Of a DNA stretch of 42,859 bases, positions 9,923 through 20,353 are shown in pieces. Under the pieces are notes generated by a model. It was not told the origin of the DNA and made no database searches. It was given only the letters and a program-made list of their open reading frames with translations. How positions within the stretch are numbered: the stretch's first letter is position 1; every line of letters starts with the position of its first letter. A program made the position numbers and the translations under genes. The DNA comes from Candidatus Hodarchaeum mangrovi (GTDB lineage Archaea > Asgardarchaeota > Heimdallarchaeia > Hodarchaeales > Hodarchaeaceae): positions 1-42,859 of the forward strand of contig JAEOUE010000298.1 of the NCBI GenBank assembly GCA_016839515.1, given 5' to 3'.

Positions 9923-10143
9923 TTATAACACCCAATAATAAAATATGTAAATTTTTTAATTCTAAATATAGTTATAAGTCGATTTCATTCGAGTTCAATT
10001 AAAAAAATTAAACTTATTTATTTCTAGAAGCTAAATTCCTTTTAGATCAAACCTCAAAACACACAAAAGACTAAGCTAAAAACCCTAGATCCAACAGAAA
10101 AATCAAATTTAAATCAATTTTAATTAGTAGAAGGGTATTTTGA

Positions 10144-10806
10144 ATGTCTTATTCACCAAATCAATTGGAGACAGCGATATCTGAAGCGAAATTGAAAAGC
10201 ACTGAAAGAAAACAAAGAAAATTCGTTGAAACAGTAGAATTGTCAATTGGGCTTCGTGATATTGATCTGAAAAATCCTGCAAATCGAATAAATATAGAAG
10301 CACTGGTTCCTAATGATTTGGGAGGTAGCACTTCAAGTGTTGCCGTTTTTGCTGATGGAGATATTGCTATCAAGTCAAAAGAATCAGGCTTACCGACCTT
10401 TGGAAAAGATGATATTGAACAACTTTCTAAAGAACCAAAGAGAGTCAAGAATCTGGCAAATGATTATGAATATTTTCTTGCTGAACCTCCTCTAATGGCA
10501 ATAGTAGCACGTTTCTTGGGGAAAATTCTGGGTCCAAGAGGAAAAATGCCCAAACCTCTCCCACCAAGAGTAGAAATTGACAAATTTGTTGAAAGGTATA
10601 ATCGAACGGTTAAACTACGAATTAAAGCGACTCCAGTTATTAATGTCAAGGTAGGAAAAGTTACTCAGAGCAATAAAAAACTTGCAGAAAATGCAAATGC
10701 TATATTACAAACATTAACAACAAAATTACCTAAAGGGGCTCAACATATAAGAGCTATCCATTTTAAAACCACGATGGGACCATCTGTTAAGGCAGAGAGG
10801 AATTGA
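10144..10806 (+). CDS. rpl1: 50S ribosomal protein L1 (uL1)
   Basis: [28 protein letters not shown]. Confidence 0.97.
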   Translation: MSYSPNQLETAISEAKLKSTERKQRKFVETVELSIGLRDIDLKNPANRINIEALVPNDLGGSTSSVAVFADGDIAIKSKESGLPTFGKDDIEQLSKEPKRVKNLANDYEYFLAEPPLMAIVARFLGKILGPRGKMPKPLPPRVEIDKFVERYNRTVKLRIKATPVINVKVGKVTQSNKKLAENANAILQTLTTKLPKGAQHIRAIHFKTTMGPSVKAERN

Positions 10807-10811
10807 GAACA

Positions 10812-10967
10812 ATGGCAAGATACAAACCTTTTCCAAAGAAAATTCGTTTAGGAAGAAAAGCAAAATCAAATCAAACAGTTCCAACTTGGGTGATATTAAA
10901 AACTTCTAGACAAGTAACAACCCATCCAAAACGGAGACGTTGGCGTTCTTCGAAAATAAAACCATAG
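10812..10967 (+). CDS. rpl39e: 50S ribosomal protein L39e (51 aa, absent from the ORF track)
   Basis: Manual translation [51 protein letters not shown]; immediately precedes eL31. Confidence 0.95.
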   Translation: MARYKPFPKKIRLGRKAKSNQTVPTWVILKTSRQVTTHPKRRRWRSSKIKP

Positions 10968-10980
10968 GAAGGAAATTTTT

Positions 10981-11262
10981 ATGAGTGAAACATCATCTGA
11001 TTCTATTATTGAAGAAAGAATTTATACCGTACCTTTCAGCAAAGTTATCTACGGGCGACGAATTCCTCGTTCTAAAAGAACCCCGCGTGCGATGAGACAT
11101 CTTCGGGAGTTTGTAAAACGACATCTAAGGTGTGAGGATGTTCTTATAGATTCGCAGGTAAATGAACATATGTGGGCTCGTGGGATCCAAAAACCACCTA
11201 AAAAAATTCGAATAAGAGTTGTTAAAACTGAAGAAGACATTGTTACCGTCTTCTTAGGATAA
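10981..11262 (+). CDS. rpl31e: 50S ribosomal protein L31e
   Basis: ERIYTVP, KRTPRA, VNEHMWARGIQKPPKKIRIR. Confidence 0.96.
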   Translation: MSETSSDSIIEERIYTVPFSKVIYGRRIPRSKRTPRAMRHLREFVKRHLRCEDVLIDSQVNEHMWARGIQKPPKKIRIRVVKTEEDIVTVFLG

Positions 11263-11319
11263 TATTCGAAATAATATCATCCTTTCTTTTTATATTTGTT
11301 TCATTTTGGAGTTATTAGA

Positions 11320-11997
11320 ATGGAAATAGAATATTTAGAGTATTTAGGAAGCATTCACATTGGAGTAGCCATTCTCTGTACAGAAAATTTCTCTTTTGTA
11401 CCTAATAACTCTACTCACCAAATGAAATCTCTAGTAGAAAATATTACGAAAACGAATGTGATTGAACTCTCTGAATATATTATTGGTTCGTTAATGGTTG
11501 GTAATTCCCATGGATTTGTGGTTTCAAATGTTATCACACAAGAAGTTCTTAAAAAAATCCAAACTACCAATCTAACAGTATATCAGGCTCCTGAATTTTT
11601 TGCCTTTGGAAATGTTGTTTTAACAAATGACTTTGGAGGTATTATTTCTCCTATTATTCCTCCCAAAATTCGAAAACAGATAAGTGAAACATTAAATATC
11701 CCTTTAGAAACACGAACATTAGCAAAATCCGATCTTGTTGGTAGCTTGGCCTACGTTACAAATTATGGAGGTTTAATTACACCCCTAGCTGAAGAAGAAG
11801 AGGTAGCCGAGATTAAAGATATCTTACATCTCAAAGAAATAGGAGTTGGGAGTATCAATAGAGGATCAGAATTTGTAGCTAGTGGAATTGTAGGAAATAC
11901 TAAAGGAATACTTATAGGACGAGAAACAACTGGGATTGAGATAATGGAAATTACTCGATGTTTCATAAAGCCAGAAGGGGGAGAAGTTGGAGCTTAA
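11320..11997 (+). CDS. eif6: Translation initiation factor 6 (aIF6/eIF6)
   Basis: Repeats IGSLMVGNSHG, GNVVLTNDFG, GSINRGSEFVASG, G-ETTG-E; conserved eL31-eIF6-eL20 order. Confidence 0.93.
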   Translation: MEIEYLEYLGSIHIGVAILCTENFSFVPNNSTHQMKSLVENITKTNVIELSEYIIGSLMVGNSHGFVVSNVITQEVLKKIQTTNLTVYQAPEFFAFGNVVLTNDFGGIISPIIPPKIRKQISETLNIPLETRTLAKSDLVGSLAYVTNYGGLITPLAEEEEVAEIKDILHLKEIGVGSINRGSEFVASGIVGNTKGILIGRETTGIEIMEITRCFIKPEGGEVGA

Positions 11998-12066
11998 CGA
12001 ATTATTATAAGGATTCCTGAAAACAGGATAAAACAGAAAGAAATATCGAAAAGAAGGTGAAAGAAT

Positions 12067-12333
12067 TTGAATAATAACCAAAAGGTTCAAATTTTTCGAA
12101 TATCAGGTTCATTTAAAAAAAAGAAACAACTTTCAAATTTTTCTAAGGAATTTTGTGCTTTAACAGAAGAACAAGCTAGGGAAAAACTTTTTACTGAACT
12201 TGGAAGCCGAAATAGGCTAAAAAGACGTCAAATTCGAATTGATTCTATTCTTAAGATTACTCCCCAAGAAGTCACGAATCCCTTTATTCAAAAGCTGATA
12301 AGTACTGAATTTAAAATCCCTTATGAGGAATGA
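12067..12333 (+). CDS. rpl18a: 50S ribosomal protein L18Ae/LX (eL20)
   Basis: FSKEF, EKLFTELGSRNRLKRRQIRI; operon position. Confidence 0.92.
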   Translation: MNNNQKVQIFRISGSFKKKKQLSNFSKEFCALTEEQAREKLFTELGSRNRLKRRQIRIDSILKITPQEVTNPFIQKLISTEFKIPYEE

Positions 12334-12336
12334 TAA

Positions 12337-12783
12337 ATGGCTCAAGCTCCATTGACTGAAGAAGTCCTCAACAAAATTAGAACATTACAAGCTGAAATTG
12401 ACCAAATTCAAGCAAGTCTTGGGACAATTGAGCAGCAACTTGCAATTTTAGGAAATGCTATTGAATCATTACAAGATGCAATAAATATACATGATGTTCT
12501 AAAAACAAAGGTTTCAGGAGATGAAATTCTAATTCCAATTGGAGGAGCTTGCTATATTAGATGCAGAATTGAAGACCCTAATGAAATCTTCTTATCCTTA
12601 GGTTCAGGAGTTTCAATGGAAACAGATTTACAAATTGCGAAAACCAGAACTTTAAACCAGATGGAAAATATCCAGAAGAGCTCAGTGCAATTACAAAATC
12701 AATATTCTCAATTTTCACAGCTGCTAGAAACGAAAAGAGAAAACCTTGTGACCCTAGCTCAACAATATGGAATAATACAATGA
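12337..12783 (+). CDS. pfdA: Prefoldin subunit alpha
   Basis: Coiled coil, EILIPIGG...SLGSGV beta hairpins, coiled coil; lies between eL20 and ftsY. Confidence 0.92.
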   Translation: MAQAPLTEEVLNKIRTLQAEIDQIQASLGTIEQQLAILGNAIESLQDAINIHDVLKTKVSGDEILIPIGGACYIRCRIEDPNEIFLSLGSGVSMETDLQIAKTRTLNQMENIQKSSVQLQNQYSQFSQLLETKRENLVTLAQQYGIIQ

Positions 12784-12860
12784 TTTATTTCAATCAAAAA
12801 TTTCTTAAACAGGGGGAGAAAACAAAATAATGCTTCTTTTAAAAAAATAGGCGGTTTAAG

Positions 12861-13784
12861 ATGGTATCTTTGAGAAAGGGTCTGAACGGATTATTTGAAC
12901 GAGTTTCTTCTTATGAATTAAATGAAAACAATATTAGAAAAGCAATTCGTGAATTTGAATTACTTTTAATAGCAAATGACGTATCATTATCAGTAGCTAA
13001 ACAAATTTCTAAAAAATTAACTGATCAAATGCTTGGTAAAAGGGCAAAACGATTTAGTGATTTATCAAAAAGACTACGTGAGCTTTCAAAACCAATTATT
13101 CTGGAAATAATTACTCCTAAAGAATTTATTGACCCTTTAGAATTAATTTTAAATTATAAATCTAATAAAGAGCAATTGGAAAAGAAGAGACCTGTAGTAT
13201 TTTTGTTTTTAGGAATAAATGGAACAGGAAAAACTACTACAATCGCAAAATTTGCATATCTACTAAAATCGAAAGGATTTAAAGTGATAATTGCAGCTAG
13301 TGATACATTTCGTTCAGGAGCACAGGAACAACTAAAAATTCATGCAGACAAGGTTGGTGTAAAAATTATCACAGGCAAGTATGGAAGCGATTCAGCTGCT
13401 GTGGCGTTTGATGCTATATCACATGCAACATCGAAATTTGCAGATGGTGTAATAATTGATACTTCAGGGCGAATGGCAGTAAATAAAGATTTAATGGAAG
13501 AGATGAAAAAAATTATCAGGGTTACTACTCCAGATTATAACTTTCTTGTTATAGAAGCTCTAGCAGGAAATGATGCGACCGAGCAAGCAAGGATTTTCAG
13601 TGAAAATATCCCTTTAAATGGAATAATATTAACAAAATTGGATGCAGATGCTAGAGTTGGAGCACTTCTTTCTGTAACCTATATAACGCAAGGTCTTCCA
13701 GTTGTATATCTAGGAACAGGTCAAGAATATAAGGATTTAGAGCGATTTAATCCAGAAAAATATGTAGAATCACTTTTAAAATAA
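12861..13784 (+). CDS. ftsY: Signal recognition particle receptor FtsY
   Basis: GINGTGKTT, DTFRSGA, DTSGR, TKLD, GTGQ. Confidence 0.96.
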   Translation: MVSLRKGLNGLFERVSSYELNENNIRKAIREFELLLIANDVSLSVAKQISKKLTDQMLGKRAKRFSDLSKRLRELSKPIILEIITPKEFIDPLELILNYKSNKEQLEKKRPVVFLFLGINGTGKTTTIAKFAYLLKSKGFKVIIAASDTFRSGAQEQLKIHADKVGVKIITGKYGSDSAAVAFDAISHATSKFADGVIIDTSGRMAVNKDLMEEMKKIIRVTTPDYNFLVIEALAGNDATEQARIFSENIPLNGIILTKLDADARVGALLSVTYITQGLPVVYLGTGQEYKDLERFNPEKYVESLLK

Positions 13785-13791
13785 TATAAGT

Positions 13792-14700
13792 TTAAATATT
13801 TAAATTAGGATCCTTTTCAGTTAATTTTTTCTTAAGGAGAGTCGCTTGGTTTGTAGTTTTAATAAGGAGCATTCCAATAGTATTTTCCGTGATATAACCA
13901 ACTTCAACGGATAAAGCCATAGCTTGAGCAAAAGCTTTTCCTAACAATACAGGAACTGTTTCTTTAGAGAGATATGATATTTTAGGATGAATTGCAAGGG
14001 AAAATGCCTGAGCATAAGCCTGTTGTAAGTCAGAAATAATTTTACTATCATCAACATCCAGGACACTACCATCAAGTATCTCCCCATTCTCAAATACAAA
14101 ATTTAATTTTAATCCAACTTTAAAGGGGAGAATACCTAATCGCGCAAGTATAGCTGCGTGAGTTTCAGAAACAGTTTCTCCAATCGATAAAACCTTAGTA
14201 GTCTTTATAATTCGAATTTTACCTTTTTCAATACGGGTTTGAATCCCTAATGATCCTAAATCACTTATTATTGGCCCAGGATCGAGATTTGTAGATCCTT
14301 CTTGAACGTATACTTCAACAGGAGAAACTTGACCTACTTTCGCAGGAGCAGGAACCTGATTCTGATTTAAAAATTTTTGAAGTGTGAAAGGATTTGAATT
14401 TGTAAATATTAAAGCACACGACCCTACAATATGAGGAATAAAATTCTTAATTTCCTTATTAGATTTATTTGCAACATTACCAAATGCCAGTGATTTTAAG
14501 GTATTTTTTGCAACTTTTATAACTGCTTGAACATCTCCTGACCTCATTGAAGATCGAATACCTTGAAGTGCTTTGGAACTTATCCCACTTAAATCAGCGA
14601 GACCAATAACTGAATATTTGGTTGCAAGATCAACTATTGCATTCACTTGGTCAACTTTTTTATTATTCAATTTTTTTTCTTCTACTATTACAGCTGCCAT
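13792..14700 (-). CDS. rpl10: 50S ribosomal protein L10/P0 (uL10)
   Basis: VAKNTL, LIFTNSNPF, PAPAKVGQVSP, GSTNLDPGP, LGILP; ATG at 14700 after a GGTGG RBS (ORF open to 14712). Confidence 0.95.
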   Translation of the reverse strand: MAAVIVEEKKLNNKKVDQVNAIVDLATKYSVIGLADLSGISSKALQGIRSSMRSGDVQAVIKVAKNTLKSLAFGNVANKSNKEIKNFIPHIVGSCALIFTNSNPFTLQKFLNQNQVPAPAKVGQVSPVEVYVQEGSTNLDPGPIISDLGSLGIQTRIEKGKIRIIKTTKVLSIGETVSETHAAILARLGILPFKVGLKLNFVFENGEILDGSVLDVDDSKIISDLQQAYAQAFSLAIHPKISYLSKETVPVLLGKAFAQAMALSVEVGYITENTIGMLLIKTTNQATLLKKKLTEKDPNLNI

Positions 14701-14904
14701 CACGGCCACCAATAATTTTATCCTTGTTCAGCTAGATCTCGCCAGCCAATATTCCACGAGATAATTATTTGACATCTAGGCGGTTATTTTATAGTATTAA
14801 TAAGTTAGGCTATGACGTGAGAATTAAACTACTTAATGTTCTAAAGCACATAGAACATTATAAGTCCAAATCTAGGAAGAATAATCAAATTTTGCTATAT
14901 GAAA

Positions 14905-15402
14905 CTAGAAGAGAGAATCAGAAGCTTCCTCTTCTTCACTCGCTTGGATCAGTTTTACTGAATCTGCATGTAAAACAATAGGAATTGTAACACTGCTTGT
15001 TAATAAATCGACTGTAATTTCCTCTCTTGCAGTATAAATAGATGAAATTTTAGCTCTACTTCCTTTGAAGGGGCCATCTACAATTTCAACAATGTCTCCT
15101 TTCTTGAGGCCTTCAATAACTGGAGTTGGTGCTAATTGATTTTCTAATTCAGAAACAGGAACTCTCCCCACTTGTTTCCCTATGTAATGAGCGGACTCAA
15201 CAACACTTGTTATATCTTGAACATCACCTTCAATAAAAATATAGCCATCTATCTCCGTAACTAATACGGCTTTAATATCCAAGTTATTCAACTCTGCACG
15301 ACTTGCTATTGCTTCAGCCACATTGAACTCCTGTCCTTTCTTAACTTTAAAACAATAAATCCCGATTTTATCAAACAAAATTGTCACCGTTCCAAGTCCC
15401 AT
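14905..15402 (-). CDS. spt5: Transcription elongation factor Spt5/NusG
   Basis: NGN domain (GQE, GYIFIE) plus KOW domain (GDIVEIVDGPFKG). Confidence 0.95.
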   Translation of the reverse strand: MGLGTVTILFDKIGIYCFKVKKGQEFNVAEAIASRAELNNLDIKAVLVTEIDGYIFIEGDVQDITSVVESAHYIGKQVGRVPVSELENQLAPTPVIEGLKKGDIVEIVDGPFKGSRAKISSIYTAREEITVDLLTSSVTIPIVLHADSVKLIQASEEEEASDSLF

Positions 15403-15420
15403 TGAGTGATTTTTGGTAAC

Positions 15421-15630
15421 TTAGAGCTGTTCTTGGCGACCAAGAACAGTATAAATTACAATTCGAATAATAAAGGCAATTAAACCCAATATAGCCATCC
15501 CAGCAACTGTAATTTTTATCACAAGAAAAACTTCTGATCTATCCGGTTTTTTAGCCAGCCTTAGGATTCTCATAGCTTTTTTATAGAAACTAGCTGTTCC
15601 CATTCTACTACTATCAATTGACATTTTCAT
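15421..15630 (-). CDS. secE: Protein translocase subunit SecE/Sec61-gamma
   Basis: RILRLAKKPDRSE followed by one TM helix; directly upstream of spt5. Confidence 0.93.
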   Translation of the reverse strand: MKMSIDSSRMGTASFYKKAMRILRLAKKPDRSEVFLVIKITVAGMAILGLIAFIIRIVIYTVLGRQEQL

Positions 15631-15638
15631 CCCATTAT

Positions 15639-18600
15639 TTAGTGAGTACTATCAGTAAGTACTAGTTGTGGTTTTATTGTTAAAGCCATTAATTCTTGAA
15701 GAAGAAGTTTAAAGGCATAAGAAATTGCAATTTTATAAATTCCGGTATCAGTATTCCCACAAATACTACAAAGAGTTTGATCCTTCTTACGATCCCACGT
15801 AGCAATTAAACCGCAATGTTCACAAATAAAAATTTCAGTTTTATCAGATTCTTCAAGTAATCTCTCCTTGAGAAGGAGAGCTGCTCCATGTCCGATTAAA
15901 CAATCCCGTTCCATTTCACCAAAACGTAATCCACCTTCTCTCGCACGGCCCTCTGTTGGTTGACGGGTTAGAATTTGAATGGGACCTCTAGCACGAGCAT
16001 GAATTTTGTCTGCAACAAGATGATGAAGTTTTTGATAATATGTTGGACCAATGAAGATCCTTGCGGGGAGCTTGTTACCTGTAATCCCATCATACATAAC
16101 AGATTCTGCATAAGGATGAAATCCAAGTTTTCTTAATTGAGTTGCAATATCTTCAGGGTCTGGAGACTCAAATAATGTCGCATCAATTTGTTTCCCATCA
16201 TAACATGCCACAATAGCGCTCATACATTCAATAATCTGACCTACTGTCATACGGCTAGGAATTGCATGAGGATTAACAATTAAATCAGGAACAATCCCTT
16301 CTTCAGTAAAAGGCATATCAGCTTGAGAAACAATATGACCAATTATACCTTTTTGACCATGACGAGAAGCAAATTTGTCTCCTAACTCAGGAACACGCTG
16401 GTCTCTTACTTTAATTTTGACCAAAGTGCTTCCCTCAGATGTTTCAGTTAATATAACTGAATCCACAATTCCTTTTTCACCATGTCTGATAGCAATACTA
16501 GTTTCACGACGTTGTGGGGTGGTAGAATCTAAAGAATCAAATTCAATATATTCCTCTAGAAATCTAGGTCTTGATGTTCGACCAACAAGGATGTCACCAC
16601 CACCAACTTCAATCTCAGGTTCAATAATACCATCAACTTCACTTAGATGTCTATAAACTTCTTTGGCCCTATACCCCCGAACACCTTTCTGAGGAATCTC
16701 AAAACGATCTTCTTGACCTCCAAGATACTTTTTTTCCTCTCCTACATATGATCTGAAAAAGTGGCTTCTTGCTAACCCACGTTCTATACTTGCTCTATTT
16801 AAGATTAAAGCATCTTCAATATTGTATCCTTGAAAGCTCAAAATAGCTACAATAAAGTTTTGTCCAGCAGGCCGATCATTGAAACCAATAACATCCATGG
16901 CTTTACTACCCACAAGAGGTATTTGGGGTGCTTGTAAAATATGTGCTCTTCGGTCAGTTCGAAAGTAAAAATTTGATGCATAAAGCCCTAGGGCCTGTTT
17001 AGTCATTCCTGCTTCATATGTATTACGAGGAGATTGATTATGTTCTGCATAGGGAATAATGGAAGCGCAAATGCCTAAAATTGCAGAAGGGGAGATTTCT
17101 AAATGTGTATGATTCGGTTTAATTTCCTCAAAGTTCATTGCTATATATGAATTCTCTTCCTCCTCTGCATCCAGGAATTCTATTACCCCTTCTGATAATA
17201 AATCAGAGAACTTAATATCTCCTTTTTGAAGCTTTTCAATATGGGCCATTTTTAGTCGAGGAATAGGAAGCTCTTCATTGTCTACTTGATCAAGGATAAT
17301 TAAAGGACGTCGGACACGTCCTTCATCAGTGTTAATAGATATAATTCGGTTTTCTTCGAAATAAGCAAAATTAATCTCAGAAACAAGCTTTGAAACTCTC
17401 CTAGCCTCTCTTAATAAATTAAAAGTCTCACGAGGCTCCCGAGTAGTAGCAATTAAATTGCCATTCAAGAGTATTTGGGTTCCTTGATGATCAATTGATT
17501 CAGTCACTGGGATCACACTACAATATTGAAAAATAAAATCGTTTACAGGTTCTTCTGGTGAACCAATCGAAATATATGCTTGCATGGCAAGATTTTTTAC
17601 TAATCCACAATTTGGTCCTTCAGGTGTTTCATTAGGACAAATTTTTCCCCAGTGAGTTGCATGAAGATCACGAGCTTCAAAATGGGCTTGACTTCGGATT
17701 AATGGACTAATTACACGTCGCAGATGACTGTACGTAGACATATAATTTGTTCGATCCAACAGTTGAGAGACTCCAGCTTTTCCTCCAACCCAATTTCCTG
17801 TTGCGAGGGCATGTCTTATTCTTTCAGTAATAACATCTGCTCTCATAGCGACGCGAAGGTTTGGAAGTTTACCTCGTCTAGCACCTTTTTCCAATTGATA
17901 TTTGATATCCCGATATAATGAATGAAACGCAACACGAAAGAGGCTGGTTAGCATTTCACCAGCAAGTTTCAGACGTTTATTTGCATAATGATCTTTATCA
18001 TCTGGATCAATTCTATTAAGATTCAGCTCTATAACTTTGAGCGCCATTTGAGCTAGATAGAGGGCTTTATGACGTCGGAAATCTTCTGATTTTCCCACGT
18101 GTGGTAGTAAATAGTTGTCTAGAACTTGTTTGGCTCTTAAAATTCGATATTGACGAGTTTGACCAACAGCGACACGTTTCCCGATAAAATCTAATGCTTC
18201 TTCTTGGTCAACTATTTCTGCGGCTTCACGCAGAGTTGGTAATAATTCCTGGATTAATTCAGGTTCATTTGTTACCAAACTGGCAATATCACGATCGATT
18301 GTTACCCCAAGTGCTTTTATTAGAACTGCTAGTGGCAGGGGGCGGGGAACGCTGAAAAAATTAACTAATAATCGTCCATCTTTTCTTCTTTGAACTGAAA
18401 CTAGAGAACGGAATCCTGCTACTGTACTAAAAACTTTAGCTACAGCTGTTGTAGAGGATCCCTTTCGACCTTCATCAACTAGTACTCTGTTTGAAACTAA
18501 ATACTCTTGGGTAACAATCACACGTTCAGATCCATTGACAATAAAATATCCACCAGGATCCTCTGGATCTTCTCCTAAACGAGTAAGTTCATCAACCGAC

Positions 18601-19007
18601 ATATTTGATAATAAACACGTTTTAGACTTAAGCATAATAGGAAGTCTTCCAATATATGCTGAAACTACTTCTTCTTCTCTTTCAATTCCCGCATCAACGT
18701 AGACTGGTCTCATTTTAAGATTTAAGGGGGAGGAATATATTAGATTACGAATTCTGGCTTCCATGGGATAGATGGTTCGTTCTGACCCATCAGCTTCTCT
18801 AACTGAGGGTTCTCCAACCTCTATCCCCTCAAGTTTGACATAAAATCCTTCAATGTCGGGTTCTATTTTTGGTCGTTCTTGAACGATTTCATTCAATCTT
18901 TTTTCTACAAACTCATTAAATGAATGAAGATGTTGTCTAACTAATCCAAACTCATTGTACATGGATTTCAAAACTTGCCATTTATCATCGTTAGAAATTT
19001 TGTCCAA
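15639..19007 (-). CDS. rpoB: DNA-directed RNA polymerase subunit B (Rpo2, unsplit)
   Basis: GGYFIVNGSE, ETPEGPNCGLVKN, GYNIEDA, GDKFASRHGQKG, RFGEMERD and a C-terminal Zn ribbon; TTG start. Confidence 0.98.
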   Translation of the reverse strand: MDKISNDDKWQVLKSMYNEFGLVRQHLHSFNEFVEKRLNEIVQERPKIEPDIEGFYVKLEGIEVGEPSVREADGSERTIYPMEARIRNLIYSSPLNLKMRPVYVDAGIEREEEVVSAYIGRLPIMLKSKTCLLSNMSVDELTRLGEDPEDPGGYFIVNGSERVIVTQEYLVSNRVLVDEGRKGSSTTAVAKVFSTVAGFRSLVSVQRRKDGRLLVNFFSVPRPLPLAVLIKALGVTIDRDIASLVTNEPELIQELLPTLREAAEIVDQEEALDFIGKRVAVGQTRQYRILRAKQVLDNYLLPHVGKSEDFRRHKALYLAQMALKVIELNLNRIDPDDKDHYANKRLKLAGEMLTSLFRVAFHSLYRDIKYQLEKGARRGKLPNLRVAMRADVITERIRHALATGNWVGGKAGVSQLLDRTNYMSTYSHLRRVISPLIRSQAHFEARDLHATHWGKICPNETPEGPNCGLVKNLAMQAYISIGSPEEPVNDFIFQYCSVIPVTESIDHQGTQILLNGNLIATTREPRETFNLLREARRVSKLVSEINFAYFEENRIISINTDEGRVRRPLIILDQVDNEELPIPRLKMAHIEKLQKGDIKFSDLLSEGVIEFLDAEEEENSYIAMNFEEIKPNHTHLEISPSAILGICASIIPYAEHNQSPRNTYEAGMTKQALGLYASNFYFRTDRRAHILQAPQIPLVGSKAMDVIGFNDRPAGQNFIVAILSFQGYNIEDALILNRASIERGLARSHFFRSYVGEEKKYLGGQEDRFEIPQKGVRGYRAKEVYRHLSEVDGIIEPEIEVGGGDILVGRTSRPRFLEEYIEFDSLDSTTPQRRETSIAIRHGEKGIVDSVILTETSEGSTLVKIKVRDQRVPELGDKFASRHGQKGIIGHIVSQADMPFTEEGIVPDLIVNPHAIPSRMTVGQIIECMSAIVACYDGKQIDATLFESPDPEDIATQLRKLGFHPYAESVMYDGITGNKLPARIFIGPTYYQKLHHLVADKIHARARGPIQILTRQPTEGRAREGGLRFGEMERDCLIGHGAALLLKERLLEESDKTEIFICEHCGLIATWDRKKDQTLCSICGNTDTGIYKIAISYAFKLLLQELMALTIKPQLVLTDSTH

Positions 19008-19453
19008 TATAAATACCCCTTATATCAATACATCATTAACTGCCAATCAAACGCTAATAGCTGAGTAAAAAACCTAAATCTTTGATCAAATTTAATTAGA
19101 TATTAATTAATAATCGTAATCATAAATATATGTTGTGAAAGCAATGTAAATTGGAGAGTGATAATTAACCTAAATTATTAATGTCTGGAGGTTCCTAGGA
19201 AGGCTATTTTAACGTAATTAGTCAGAATTTAAATCTAATACTACGTGGGATACGCGAACATAGATTCCGTCTATTGAGCTAATATTAATACTTTATCCTT
19301 CACGATTTAAAATAAAAGAAATTGTATAAGTTTAAATAGAAATAACTATTTACGAAGATTCTTTCATTTAGCAGGGAAAGAAAAATTTTGTTAAATCTCT
19401 TAAAATAATATTAAAATAAAAATTCAATACAAATCAGCAAGAAGAGAATATAT

Positions 19454-20347
19454 ATGATCTTTCTAGCCAATTATGTTATTGTAATGGGATTTATCGGATT
19501 ACTATTAAACATACCACTCCTTATTATTATCCTAAAGAAAAATCTGCTATCCCAATGGGATGGAGTTATAACAGGAGCTTTGATCATAGTTTTAATCTTT
19601 TTATTTTCACCAATCTTATGGCTAGGAATGATTTTCTTTTTTTTTACATCATCTTTCTTATCAAAATGGAAAATTAAAGAAAAGGAATCTACTAATGTAG
19701 AATTCGCAAAAGGTCCCCAACGAGATGCAATCCAAGTCTTATCTAATAGTCTTCCAGCTATATTATTTGGATCGATGTATTTTATAAACGAAGTAATACC
19801 AATATTATCAATTAATATGTCACCATCTACTGCACTTGTTTCTCCATGGATGATTGCATCATTTACGGCAATAGCAACACATAATGCAGATACTTGGATG
19901 ACAGAAATTGGTATTACAGTGAAAAGATCCCCACGATTAATAACAAATCTTAAAATAAAAGTTCAACATGGTACAAGTGGTGGGATTACTCTCGAAGGTA
20001 CAATTGCTGGAGTAATAGGAAGCTTTTCATTAGCAGTTATTTATTTCTTAGGAATAATCCTAACCAAAACAAGCTTGATACGTTTCCCTTTTGAGATTCT
20101 TATTCTGATTACTATTGGAGGAGTTTTAGGAGGTCTAATCGATTCTTTGGAAGGAGCAACAATTCAAGGAATTTATTATTGTGAAAATTGTCAGAAAGAG
20201 ACGGAAGCAAAAATCCATAAATGTGGAAATACATCAAAATTTCATCGTGGTTATATACTAGTGAGTAATGATTTTGTGAATTTAAGTTCAGCATTATTAT
20301 CAGGGATAATTGTTGGCTTAGTGTATTTTTTCCTAAGTACATTTTAA
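19454..20347 (+). CDS. DUF92 (TMEM19/VTE6-like) membrane protein with Zn-ribbon insert
   Basis: RDAIQVLSN, ADTWMTEIG, GTSGGITLEG, DSLEGATIQ, CENC..HKCG, NDFVN. Confidence 0.85.
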   Translation: MIFLANYVIVMGFIGLLLNIPLLIIILKKNLLSQWDGVITGALIIVLIFLFSPILWLGMIFFFFTSSFLSKWKIKEKESTNVEFAKGPQRDAIQVLSNSLPAILFGSMYFINEVIPILSINMSPSTALVSPWMIASFTAIATHNADTWMTEIGITVKRSPRLITNLKIKVQHGTSGGITLEGTIAGVIGSFSLAVIYFLGIILTKTSLIRFPFEILILITIGGVLGGLIDSLEGATIQGIYYCENCQKETEAKIHKCGNTSKFHRGYILVSNDFVNLSSALLSGIIVGLVYFFLSTF

Positions 20348-20353
20348 TCTAAT

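Noticed and set aside
14573-14981. Short plus-strand ORFs at 14573..14764 and 14769..14981
   Set aside because: Antisense to uL10 and spt5 with no protein-like features.
19021-19300. Decayed rpo5 (rpoH) upstream of rpo2 (SY*RLIGS in one minus-strand frame)
   Set aside because: The match is too short, and no HELVPKH or LPKI-like motif was recognisable; likely chance.
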